Position numbers and translations under genes: made by a program. A stretch of DNA of 64,000 bases from Azolla caroliniana (Eukaryota; Plantae; Polypodiophyta), in assembly GCA_043228905.1 (NCBI GenBank), contig JBHGNT010000001.1:14012001-14076000 (forward strand), written 5' to 3'. Under the pieces are notes generated by a model that saw nothing but the letters and a program-made list of their open reading frames with translations, searched no databases and was not told the origin of the DNA. Below, piece after piece: positions 35,250 through 47,500 of this stretch; the first letter of the stretch is position 1, and each line of letters starts with the position of its first letter.

Positions 35250-38200
35250 GTATGTTTAGAGGATCACTCACTTTTGTGAGGTTAGGTTCTCCTTTTCTCG
35301 TAACTAATGTTTGAGGGCCTTGTTCATGTTCTAAATTTTAACAAATGCATTGAACTCCCATGACTACACTCACGCTTACTTTAGATGATACAATAGACAA
35401 CGATTGGGCACTTCTCGTCTTGTTCTGTTTTAGGTAATCAGGTACTAAGTGTCCATCACCACAAACAAGATATGTGGCTTCCTGTTGGAACCATACAACT
35501 AAGTCTACCATGCCACATCCAAAACACATAGGTGGTTTGTTGGTCTATTGGGTTCCCATAATGTTGTAAATTTCTCAATTTGTGTTTCGAGTACAATAGT
35601 CATATTTAATGTGATACTAACTAACCATATCGGGGCCTTGCCAATTAAAGAATTTTATTTGAGGCCTATGCGCAAGGCCTTGGGTTCACCTCTTTTGTTA
35701 GAAGCGTCCATTGTGGCCATTTGTTTTGGTGTAATTAGAGAATACTTTTCCATTGTGTTTACTATTCTCTTTGGTAGTGGTTCTATTATGTAGATATTGT
35801 GAGGCTTTTGTATTGACTTAAGACTCATTCGTGTCATTTTACTTAGATACCATGATTTGAGAGCAATCCAAGGTAATGATAGTGTTGAGGTAAGATTGTA
35901 GATGAGATTATTTATGGGGTTCTGAAAGGTGGCATAGGATGTTTTACGTCTAGTGTCCATCCATATTTCACATTACATGTGAGCAAGTTTTGGGGCCATG
36001 TACAATGATTGCCTTACAACAATTTCAAAATTGTGACCTACATTGATGTAACAACATAAACACATGCATGATGTGGTGGCTTTGACAAATAAGGCCATGT
36101 ATATTAACATTGAAGAAATATCTTGAGTGTTGCTTCACTTTCTTAGTATGATGTGCAACACTGGAAGGAGGTGAGATATGTAGTATGGGATTTTTAGTCA
36201 TTGTCGCGATGTGGATCGGTGAAGAGAGGAATGTACCTTAAACCCATGTTTATAATAGGTCAATGTTCCGCTTAATGAAAAAGATGAAGAGAATCGAGAG
36301 AAAATAAATATTAAACCAACATTGAAGATAACTTAATAGGTAAGATTTGATATTCGATTGAAATGTAAAGCTAAGGGTTCAAACCTTGTTATAGAGGGAG
36401 GGAGTGTGATTTATGATATACAAGGAATGAGAATAAGGTATGTTGGATAAGCGAACAAAAGGATATACATTTTTGGTAAGAAGAGTCTTGAAACCTACAA
36501 AAGGAGGAGGGCTCATTATGAGGTGATGATCATTTTGGATTGAAGGTGTTACGGGCATGACCATTTAATATCCCGTGGTGAGAATTTACCGTAGTATTCT
36601 ATACACGTGGATAAGTGCGAGGATTAAAAGAGAACGGGCATGACCATTTAATATCCCGTGGTGAGAATTTACCGTAGTATTCTATACACATGATATTAAA
36701 TGGTCATGCCCGTAACCGAAGGCCTCCATTGATATTTAAAATCTTGTCAGTGAGTCTTCCAAACTCTTGGCTACCATGGCATATTCAAAGGTTTGGTACT
36801 ATGAGGAAATTTTCTAAGGCATGGTCGTATATCCCCTAGATGAACCGAATCATGACTTTTTAGTAAGTTATTTCGTCACTTTCTTCACATCTATTGTGTA
36901 AGGTTTTTGTTTGACATGTATAGTCTTAGAATTTCTATTTTTCTTTTTGCTTGAGGGAGGTGCTCAATGGGGTTCATTTTCCTTTCTCTTCGTGCAAATT
37001 TGTTAAAACATTCTCCAATATGCTTGTAAAGGAAGTCATTCCAGAGTCCAAACTTCATCTAGAAGTGTATGGAACCAAACTCTTGATTCTCAAGGGTGAG
37101 GCCAAAGGTAGCCACTCTATTTCCAAATGATAGTCATTCATAATCTTACATAATTTGATTGAATCTTTTATATGTTCATAATTGTTGCCTAAACTTATAA
37201 ATTGAGATACAAGCTTTTCGACCATGAGAGGGAGTGGGCTACTACCTATATTTCACTAAGGTCAATATCATTTGGATCCACTAGAGAGAAACATCAAAAT
37301 TTGGATTGGGTTTATTTGTCTTTGGGGACATCATTTCCATGTCTTGGGTGTGGAGTATTTAGATGACAAGTGGAGTCATACTGGTTTGGGATCTTGTTGG
37401 TGGTTTGTCATAGCTAGTAGAGTTGTTAGCCAAGTTGAAGTTAGAAGTCGTGGTATTTGTGAGCATGGTTATAAGTGTTTGGCTATTTCCACATTCAACA
37501 TTTCTATGACCACCAACAAATGATTACACAACCTTGTGCATTTCACTAGTTAGGATTAGAACTCAATTAGAGTTTCCTTCGGACATTCACATTTGGCTAG
37601 TTGGTCTAACTTGCTAAGATCAATCTCTTTATTAACCACCTCGAGTTCAAGGATCATGTCATCCTTGATATGAAAGAGTTCCTTTAATCTCAACTTTGGC
37701 CAACTTGTCACTAAGGTGCGGGACTAGTTGATCCCTTCTCATTCAACCCATGATTCTTGTTAAAATCAATATTTTAATCTAGCCTCTAAGCCCATCATTA
37801 GTTTTTATGTGGTTGGGTATTTGAGGAGGTGCAACTTCCATACAATTCAAAGGTTCTTGTAAACCTTGAAAACCAAATTGTTCCATTACCATATTTGGCT
37901 TATTGTAGGCTTGATTTGGCACATAAGGTTAGTGCTTCAAAATGTGAGCCCCTAGGGATCTCTAATTGGAATTTACTCTTGTAAACCATGATATAAACAA
38001 GACCAAGAAAGAAAAATAAGGATTAAAGTTGGGGGTGGTTATTGCTCACCAGGATAAGTTCATGTATTCGAACTCACAATCTTGTTCATTTCATTTATGA
38101 CTTAAAGTTGCAAATGTATTTGGAATCCATGATCTGAATAGTTTTCTCCAATGATTCTAGGGACTAAGAAGCCTTTTATATATGCCTTATTTATAGAATT

Positions 38201-38350
38201 GAATGAATATTCTCTCATTGGTAAACTTGTATTCTTGCCTATTGTCACGTCATTATGTTTCATTGCCCATGTGGTAGTGACCAATGCTACACTCTATTTG
38301 TTTTTCTCTATGAGAGATTTTCTTTGCCCTTCTAGATCTAGTAGGGTTAT
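35250..38350 (-). mobile_element. Heavily decayed retroelement-like sequence, probably the old host of nest 1 (may continue at ~9800-10438)
   Basis: Only fragmentary Gypsy-like peptides (e.g. GEPKALRIG in ORF 35655..35960); many stops. Confidence 0.3.
36548..36716. repeat. 56-bp direct repeat (36551-36606, 36634-36689) plus 25-bp inverted repeat (36548-36572 / 36692-36716)
   Basis: ACGGGCATGACCATTTAATATCCCGTGGTGAGAATTTACCGTAGTATTCTATACAC occurs twice; GATATTAAATGGTCATGCCCGTAAC is the reverse complement of the left arm. Confidence 0.9.
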
Positions 38351-40956
38351 AACATGAATGGTTGTGCATAGTTATTGATAAGTTATCTTCACATGCTATT
38401 GAAGGTGGTTATAAGGTCTATCCCTTGTAATAACTCAAGTTGATGCCAAAACCATGTGATAAACTCATAAATATGATCATTGTGATATGGGTACACATAA
38501 ATATTGCGGTTATTTTTGCCATGGAATGAATATACAAGATATAACATCTAAACTTGATGCCATGTTGATGTTTGTGGTTGCAATAAAATCTTTACAAATA
38601 CTCTAATCGTTTTAGTTCAAGACTACCAATGATCTCATGAGTACCAAAAGATTCCCTTGATGAGATTATTGTGATGGTACGACATGTGAAAAGGTAAAAA
38701 TACACATTGGAAGTGTTCACATATTCACTAGAGTTGATATAGTGACCAACATGCATTAATTTCACAACATAATAACAATAGTGGAAATCTGTTAGATTGA
38801 CATTCAAATAATAAAAAGAGGAAAATTGAGATGTCCTATAATATTAATAAACTACACCATGTCTGATAGAGAATGTTTTCCAATACAATTTAAACATTGT
38901 TTTCATCATAATGACATTTATGCTAATTTATTGGAGTTTATTAGGAAAAGTGAAATAATAAAGCATGTTAGAATTTGTTCATGCTATAGAATATATTCAA
39001 TTTCTAGCGAATTTTAATGTGAACAAGTCACCATTTTCGGCGAAATTGATACACAATTTGAATAATATATTGTCCCACATGCTGGCAATTAACATGTGTT
39101 AATGTAGAAAATTTCATGCTGATCTAGATGAGAAATTCCATGTGGATAACAATTGCATGAAGCAAATTTCATTAGGGTGGTGATTACATGGAATATGGAG
39201 ATGTCGTACAGTCTTGAGGGTTGTTGCCTCAAATTGGCCTATATTCATTAACCAATGGCCATTTTCCAGCATGGGATTATGACAAACAGACATGGTGATT
39301 CATCCACTATGCAAATGTAGTAGAAAAAGAGCAGAAAGGAAAATTTTAGTGCATGTATAGGACCTTTGTCTTAGAAAAAGTCTAACTAGCTCTTGATAGA
39401 TGAGGCTAGGAAGTACCATGTTTTCCCAAAAATGCGATAACATATTGATCGATAAAAAAATTCCATTTATTATTGAAAAGGCGTTGAGCAAGAGTTCAAC
39501 CATCTATATTACTGAAATCAACACATGGTGCATCTAATTGAGGGCCTAGGCTAGATAAGAGGCAAATTTCTGAACTCTTAAGAAGGAAATAAAAAATGTA
39601 GAAATAACCACATAGAAGAGGTGCACAAAGAGAATGGTACCAATTAGGGCCATCACTAGCCATTGTTGTTCTACATTTCTTAATTCATATCATATTATGA
39701 AAAAGGGTAGAGATAGATAGATAAGATCCATTAAAGATTGCTTATTGATACGATGATACCATAGAGTAGAGTGAGCCTTGTTGACAAAGCATCGCTATTG
39801 TCCATCTATGAGGTATGTAGGCCTACTAACAATAGAAATTGTTTCATTGACATTCAAACAACAAAAGGAGGAAAAAGTGAGATAACAGATAATAATATTA
39901 AAACTAAACCAACCAGGTATATGATAGAACATGTTTTCTAAGATAATTTGAACATTATTCGCTCTCATCATCATGACATTTAGGCTAATGTATTGGAGGT
40001 TATTACAATGGACTTGCATACCTAAGTCAATGTGGAAATAGAGAATGGTATAATAAAGGCATGTACTTTCTCTTTACCAAATGGTTGATGCCTTTTGTAC
40101 TTCATATATGAAGCAATTTATATTATTGCATATTCCTGGACTTCACAGAAATTCCACATTTAAAAGCTCGTCACTCATGGGCTATCATGGTGCAAGTGAT
40201 TGTTTTCTCATAGATCTCATAAATTTTTAGCACGTGGTTAGGGAGAAATATGTCCAACTTATTATTTTACTCCTGTGTCCAATGTGGCATATCCTCAAAA
40301 TTTGAAGGAACCATCTTTGCCAATTCATTCTTGCAGGGAAGGTTTTCGGAAGACGTATAATGTATAACTGCTCATTGAATGAATCAATGATGCACACAAA
40401 ATCATTAGGGAGATCAATACTTGTTGAAGCATCGACCACAAATTAATAAAAACAAGACAAAGTGAAATAATAAGCGTCTTGGAATTTGGATAAGTATTAA
40501 AACATATTCAATTTCTAATGACATTTGTGATGAGTCAACATTTTCGGGGAAATTGATACAAAACACGAATTTACATATGAGCACACATGCATGTTAATGT
40601 AGAAGCTTTCATGGTGATCTACAATCTTCTAGATTCCATGTGGATAACCAATGCTAGAAGCAAAATTCATTACGTTCGTAAATATATTGAATATGATGGT
40701 GCCATAGAGTCTTGAAGGTTGTTGTTATCTTGAAACGTCATACATTGGGTTAATCAATGACCATCTTCCAATACATGCTTATTAAGGACAAACACGACGG
40801 TTTGTCCACCATGGACAGGGGGTAAAGAAAGAGGAGAGAGGCGAATTATGGAGGATGTATAGGACCTTCGGCTTGGAAAGGGTTTGGCTAGGTAGCAATT
40901 AAGTAGACGAGACGAATGGAGTATCATGTCTTCATGGAGAAAAAAGGGTTACGAGA

Positions 40957-41336
40957 ATTCGTCGATGGTATTTTTGTGTTTATTATATCTATCGAAAAGT
41001 GTGGAGCGATAGTTGAAGGAGTTTGTCGCTAGCAGCAACACCACCACCACTTGGAAGGTGGTTTAGAAAATGAGGACTAGATTCGTCGATGGCATTTTTG
41101 TGTTTATTATATCTATCGAAAAGTGTGGAGCGATAGTTGAAGGAGTTTGTCGCCATCAACAACACCACCACCACCACTTGGAAGGTGGTTTGGAAAATGA
41201 GGACTAGATTCGTCGATGGCATTTTTGTGTTTATTATATCTGTCGAAAATTGTGGAGCGATAGTTGAAGGAGTTTGTCGCCAGCAACAACACCACCACGA
41301 CCACTTGGAAGGTGGTTTGGAAAATGAGGGACTAGA
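40957..41336. repeat. ~125-bp tandem repeat, 3 copies, directly upstream of the JAZ-like promoter
   Basis: ATTCGTCGATGGCATTTTTGTGTTTATTATATC...CACTTGGAAGGTGGTTTGGAAAATGAGGACTAG repeated three times. Confidence 0.9.
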
Positions 41337-41371
41337 AGTCCTCTAGGAGACTTATTTTGGTAGGAATGTAG

Positions 41372-41473
41372 CACGTGCCATATATGGAGTTGCCAGAACA
41401 AAAGAAAACGTGGTGAAGAAGAAGAAGGTGAGGGTAAAACGCACGTGCGTGAAATGCCGGGGGGAAATTTAAA
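41372..41473 (+). promoter_or_regulatory. G-box cluster (CACGTG 41372 and 41442; T/G-box AACGTG 41407) and TATA-like TTTAAA
   Basis: MYC-type bHLH binding motifs immediately upstream of a JAZ-like ORF, as expected for jasmonate-responsive JAZ promoters. Confidence 0.55.
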
Positions 41474-41544
41474 CGGCTTCCGTGAGGCCCAATGGAATGG
41501 AATGGATGTCAGGCATTCTCTCTTTGTCTGTCTGTCTGTCAGTC

Positions 41545-41642
41545 ATGGCCATCTCCTCTGATCGCTCCCTGCTGCTGCTATTATGTAATGGTACCGCCAC
41601 CAATCCTCACCGCAGAATCGGCGGCGCAGATCATCATAGCCT

Positions 41643-41673
<31 letters not shown>

Positions 41674-42192
41674 GGTCCTGCGCTCAGATCCTCCCCTGAA
41701 GAAGAGCCGGCGGCTCCCATGACCTTTTTCTACGGCGGTCGAGTCCACGTGTTCCACGGCATCTCCAGGCGCCAGGCACGTGCGCTGGCGCTGCTTCTGT
41801 CCGACGACCGCGCTAATGACGGCACTAGGCCCACTACTAATGACGCCATTACGGCAGCGATGAGCTGGAATCATGAGGCCATTACAGAAGCGGGGAGCCC
41901 TATGGTTGAAGACAACCCGGAGGCAGTCACCGGTAACGGATTGATCCGAAAAGAGGCAGTTAGCAGCACTAATCTGCAGGGGATTGAGGAGGGCAGGGAA
42001 CCTGAAGATGGGAGACCATACCCCGGCAGTTACTTGCTTTCCGGGGGGCCGGGGCCCGGACCCGGACCCGGACCCGGACCCAGACCCGGACCTGGACCTG
42101 GACCAGGCGGTGGTCATGTGCCGGTGGTGGCAGTGTCGGCTCTCCGCCGCCGCGCATCTCTCGCTCGCTTCCTTAAGTCGCGGTGCCGATGA
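41545..42192 (+). CDS. TIFY/JAZ-like protein, single exon (alternative in-frame ATGs at 41497 and 41506)
   Basis: ZIM domain APMTFFYGGRVHVFHGISRRQARAL and Jas-like RRRASLARFLKSR at the C-terminus; GC-rich ORF with a His run and a (GP)n repeat. Confidence 0.8.
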
Positions 42193-42460
42193 AAAATATG
42201 ACATAAAAGAGGGGGGTAAAATAGCTACTGTGGAATCAGGCCAAAACCACAGAACAGGAGAATAAAGGAGGAAAACACATTGCCAAGTTGTTGTTTTTTT
42301 TTTGTTTAATTTTGCTTGTCGGGGTGTGTGCATCTCTTTTGAGGAAAATATTATTTATTAATATAGCTTCTCTTTGAAGGGGATTTAACCTACAAGAATA
42401 GGCTTTTGGAACAACTCGAGTGTCTATGGTTTGGTGCTCAATTACCCTCTTCATAACACA

Positions 42461-42743
42461 GACATATTAGACCCATACCAGATCCCATTTTGAGCCATTC
42501 TGTCTCCCATAGCTTCACTTCTCATCTCCCTCCCTCCCTCCCTCTCCCTCTCTCTCTCTCTCAAATTTAGAGTTGATTTTGACAACATACAAAACCCTTG
42601 GTGACATATTAGACCCATACCAGATCCCATTTTGAGCCATTCTGTCTCCCATAGCTTCACTTCTCATCTCCCTCCCTTCCTCCCTCCCTCTCTCTCTCTC
42701 TCAAATTTAGAGTTGATTTTGACAACATACAAAACCCTTGGTG
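42461..42743. repeat. ~140-bp tandem duplication 3' of the JAZ-like gene
   Basis: GACATATTAGACCCATACCAGATCCC...CAAAACCCTTGGTG occurs twice. Confidence 0.9.
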
Positions 42744-43205
42744 TCCACACTACACCCACCCACGATCTTATGCAAGTACCCCTAAGGTTTTCTAAGATTA
42801 AGTGACCGGAAACTCTTGCAAGGCAAACCTTCTCATGGAGCTTAATAGACACATAAGAAACCAAATCACGAATTTCCTTTTTGTTTATGTGGACTAGTTG
42901 TCGTACTCCATGGAAACCATCAAACAAGGTTTTATACTTAGGTTAACAAAGTTTTTGCAAATTTATAATTATAGCTCATTCATGTATGGCTTTTGCCCTA
43001 AAGGGTTTTTAGGGATTCTCTTGATGTCTTTTTATTTTTCAACTACATATTTAGCTTTATGAACACTTTAATAGAATTATTTTCATGTACCCGGCATATT
43101 TCTTGCCTTTTAATTGTGAATTTCGAGGACTAAAACTAGAGGTGGAGAGTGTGAGGGGCATCCAATGTGCTCGAAACTGAGAGCGCATGGGAGGCAAACA
43201 TCAAG

Positions 43206-43251
<46 letters not shown>

Positions 43252-44559
43252 TACTAACTCGATTTGATGAAATCAAGAATGATTAATTTGGGTTGACTTT
43301 AAAGTTTGGGCTATTCTTAAGTACCTATTATATGTAGGATGATCCATGAAGACATCAACATTAGCATTGGTAGAACAAAGTTGGCTTTAGAGATTTAGGC
43401 CTCATGGTTGCCTGATAGTGACAGGGGACAAACTATTTTTAAAAGATCTCTATAAGTAACTTTTGTCACCTTTTAGTTATTCTTCTTGAACCCAAGGATT
43501 TGTGTAAGAGATTTTCTTTTTCCTTCTCTCAGTTTATACGAGATTAGTGTTAAGGGCTCGCGTGAAGTCAAGCTCTAATCTTCTTGTGGGTGCTTTTGGT
43601 GATTCTTGATTAATTGAAGTGTGGTATCTTGTTTATGTGCATTCTTAGTTGTTATTAAGTATACTTTAATGCCTAAGCTCTAGGTGTTGCGTTAGTTAGC
43701 TCTTCGTTAAGAGACGCAAGCGGGAGAGAAGAGAAAGAGTTTGTATTGATCATTATATAGGTGTGTTAGTAGCCTTTGAGTGGATGATAAGTACTCAAAT
43801 TCGTTTTGCCAATGAGAGGGTATATGATGATATACCCTTGTCATATGATTTCGGCAAGAAGTGAGAATTATGATGGAAACGAAAACCTCTAATAAGTGTG
43901 ACACACCTTGAGATGACACACTTAACGACACAAGTGCAAAATCCTAGCAACTCGATTCGACGACACGAAACCATTGATAATACGTTTGCCTTCACAAGTG
44001 GAAGGATCGCGCACAAGTGGAACGATAATGAATATTCCGTCTAATTTTGGGGCTTTTTTGGCCATTTCACAAAACACCTTGATACCAGTATCACACGTTC
44101 TCAAAAACTTGATGAAAATGTTGAAAATTTCACCATTTTGTAAAATTGAAAAATGCCAAAATTTGGTCAAATGCGAAAAGTAACTTTGTGTATTTTTAAG
44201 GAAAAATGACAACTAATAAGTTTTTAGATCTTAAAGAAATCAGAAGCAAAAGATTTCAAAACAATTAACCTTTTATATCATTCGATAAAATGTTGTCTAC
44301 ATCTGTTACATATCGTTGCACAAAATATACATTTAGGAGTTATTTGCATTATTGTGATCACTCCTTTCATGAGAATCACTACTATAGGTAATATACAATT
44401 GTGACTCTTCCCCTTGATTTTCATATGTACCAATCAAAGCATTGTCTTCACCAAATAGTGTCTCCAAATTGTGTGCACTAAATCTTGATCGCCTTCAATA
44501 TGAGACATATTCTAGACTTGGTAATTTCTCTTTTATTATGTCTATCATTGTCTTCCTTA

Positions 44560-47500
44560 TGTTGGGTCTATCCACTCAACTGGAGCCCATGACATGGAGT
44601 TGGCTGAGAGCCAGCTACCAATTCTATGTTGAATCGGCTAGGCATCGATTCAGGCTGAGTGTTAATTCGGCTGAACGCCGAATCGACTTAGAGCTAAAGA
44701 AAGGAAAAAGTTATATGTTTGTTAATATATATATATATATATGTACATTTTTATGTGTCCTTTGTTTCTTCTTGTGTGTGTGTGTGTTTTTTGGTATGTC
44801 TATGTGTGAATGCAGATACGAAAAGAAGAGACGTTACTCCAAAAAGGCTGATAAAAAGAAGGCATAGATAGAAAAACGAACAGAGTGAAAAACTGAGAGA
44901 AAGACAGAGAAAACAAAGCGCGTTACAGAGAAAAACTGCACATGAGTGAATAGAACTAAGGCTGGAAAAACAGAGATTCGAGAAGAAGAGGTGTGTGAGA
45001 AAAACACAACAAAGCTTCTGCAAGAAAACAGAAACAAGTGTGAGAGCTTGAGAACAGGGTGATCAAGAGCGAGAACTCGTTGCAAGTGTAAAGACAGAGA
45101 TCTAGCGAGGTGCTATCTGGACTACCCAAAAGAGTCACAACAACTCTTCTGTCCACTTGTAACAGGTTTATTTGTTCTATGTTTTTGGTTTTTTTTTTCT
45201 ATTGTTTATTGTATCTGGTAGGGTGAATATTGTATCCAAGGCAATAGCCTTGAAATATATGTACATATCTCTAGAGTAATCTCTAGAGGATGTCAACACC
45301 TTGTACACTTAGAAAATAATGAATTTGTTTCGGAACCTAAGGTTCCCGTGGTTTTTCCCAATTTTGGGTTTTCCACGTTAAATCTCGGTGTACTCTCTCA
45401 TTTCGTCTTGTGGTTTCATCTATTGTTTATCAAGTGTGAATTGTGTTTGAAATTTTAATAATCCCGATTCCGCTCCATATTCCCAACAAGTGGTATCAGA
45501 GCGAGGTTCATACCTCCGCAAAGACTTGGAATATGGATGAATCATTAGGCGGGATGATTAAACTGACGAGATCCAACTACCCCATTTGGAAGTCTAAAAT
45601 GAGGGACATGTGATTGCCTGTACTACATGGTACGAGCAAACTAGAGAACATAGATACATTAACCTGGAACGCCATGCATCTAAAGACATCTGCATACATA
45701 TGATGTTTTATAGACATGAGTCTATATAACAATTTCTGTGATGAAACCAAAGCACACGAGTTATGGAGAAAAATCGAGAGTATTTTTTAGACAAAAAATA
45801 CTTTGAATAGAGTCTCCGTGTTTAGGAAACCTGTAAGACTTAGGTATCCAGATGGCTCTAGTATGGCAGCGCATCTTAATACGTTTCAAGGACTTATAAG
45901 TCAAATTGTCTCTTTAGATATACCTCTAGCAAATGAGGTGTTGACCTTGTTATTGTTAGGCTCTCTCCCAGATAGTTGGGAAACCCTTGTTGTGATGGTT
46001 GGGACTACAACACAACAAAAGGACCTAACATTGGACATGCTTAAGTCGAATCTTCTACATGAAGAAGCACGACGAAAGGAGCAGGAGTCCAACTTTGACC
46101 ATAAAGCCTTAGTCATAGAAAACAACTCCTCTAGAGGAAGAAACCATGCTAGGGCTCCACAAAATCATAGAAATAATTCTAAGGGGAGGTCAAAGTCTAG
46201 AAGTAGAAAAGACTTCATGACGACGACGATGCAGATGTCTAGAAGTACCTAAAAAGGGCGGTTTGTGCCCGTAAGTGACAACGACGAAGATAGTGGCGAC
46301 AACGCATATGGTGACAACGAAGGGCGGTTTGTGCTCGTAAGTGACGACGACAAAGATGGTGACGGTGACAACAATGACGGTTTTGACGATGAAGAAGGTA
46401 AAATGTAGCCTGTCTACAAGTTGCATGATGGAACGTGGTGCGAATCTCATCATATCTCCTAGAGGTCATCCTGTGCATGTATCTCACTCGTACCATTCGG
46501 TACAGCCCCTGGTGGACTATGTACTACTAATAAAACATGACTTCATGTGAGTTGTAGCCTTTGGGCAAGCCAAAGATAAAAAATACTAAAGTAGTATCTC
46601 TAAATAGAAAAAAAAGAAAATAGAAAAGACTTCAAGAAAGATTTTTCATGTTGTTATTGTGGTGGTCCAAACCATTATGAGAGAGATTGTTGGAAGAAAA
46701 AGAAAGACCAAAAGAAAGGAACCATCGATAATAAGAGCAATGACCTCACTACAACCACTTGTGATGGCGACATTGTCATTGCTTGTGATGATGCGTGTGT
46801 TAGCTTAGCATGCCAACAAACTGATTGGATTATTGACTCGGGAGCCTCGTATCACATTACTCCATACCGAGAGATGTTCTCCTCATATGCCGGAGGTGAC
46901 TTTGGCAAAGTCAAAATGGCTAACCACGGCATAACAGAGGTTGTTGGCATAGGAAATATAATTCTAACCACGAACACGGGTTGCAAACTAGTATTAAATG
47001 ATGTTAAGCATGTACCAGACATTTAGCTGAATATTATTTCAGCCGGTAAGCTTGATGATGAGGGTTACACAAATTCCTTCGGTGAAGGAAAATGGAAGCT
47101 CATCAAAGGCTCACTAGTATTAGCAAGATGCCTAAAAGAGAATTCCCTCTACGTAATGCATGCTATGGTGTCCAATGGAGAGGTGAATGTCGCCGATAAG
47201 GAAGTCCCTATTAAATTGTGGCACAAGAGACTTGGGCACATGAGTAAAAAAGGAATCGAGGTGCTAGCTAGAAAGAACATCCTACCTGAGATAAGAGGTA
47301 TGCACTTAGAAACTTGTGTTGATTGCTTGGCCGGCAAACAACACAGAGTTGCCTTTCAGCACCTGCCCCCCAAAAGAAAATTTCAGCCATTGGAATTGGT
47401 GCACATGGACTTGTGCTATATGAAAGATAGAACTCTTGGGGGAGCATTGTACTTTGCCACATTTATCGATGACTTCTCGAGGAAGTTGTGGTGTTTTGCA

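Noticed and set aside
41581-42333. 250-aa antisense ORF over the JAZ-like gene
   Set aside because: Shadow of GC-rich, repeat-rich coding sequence (poly-M from CAT repeats); no recognisable domain.
42800-44550. Possible LTR or MITE remnants
   Set aside because: No termini, TSD, PBS or coding motif could be defined by eye.
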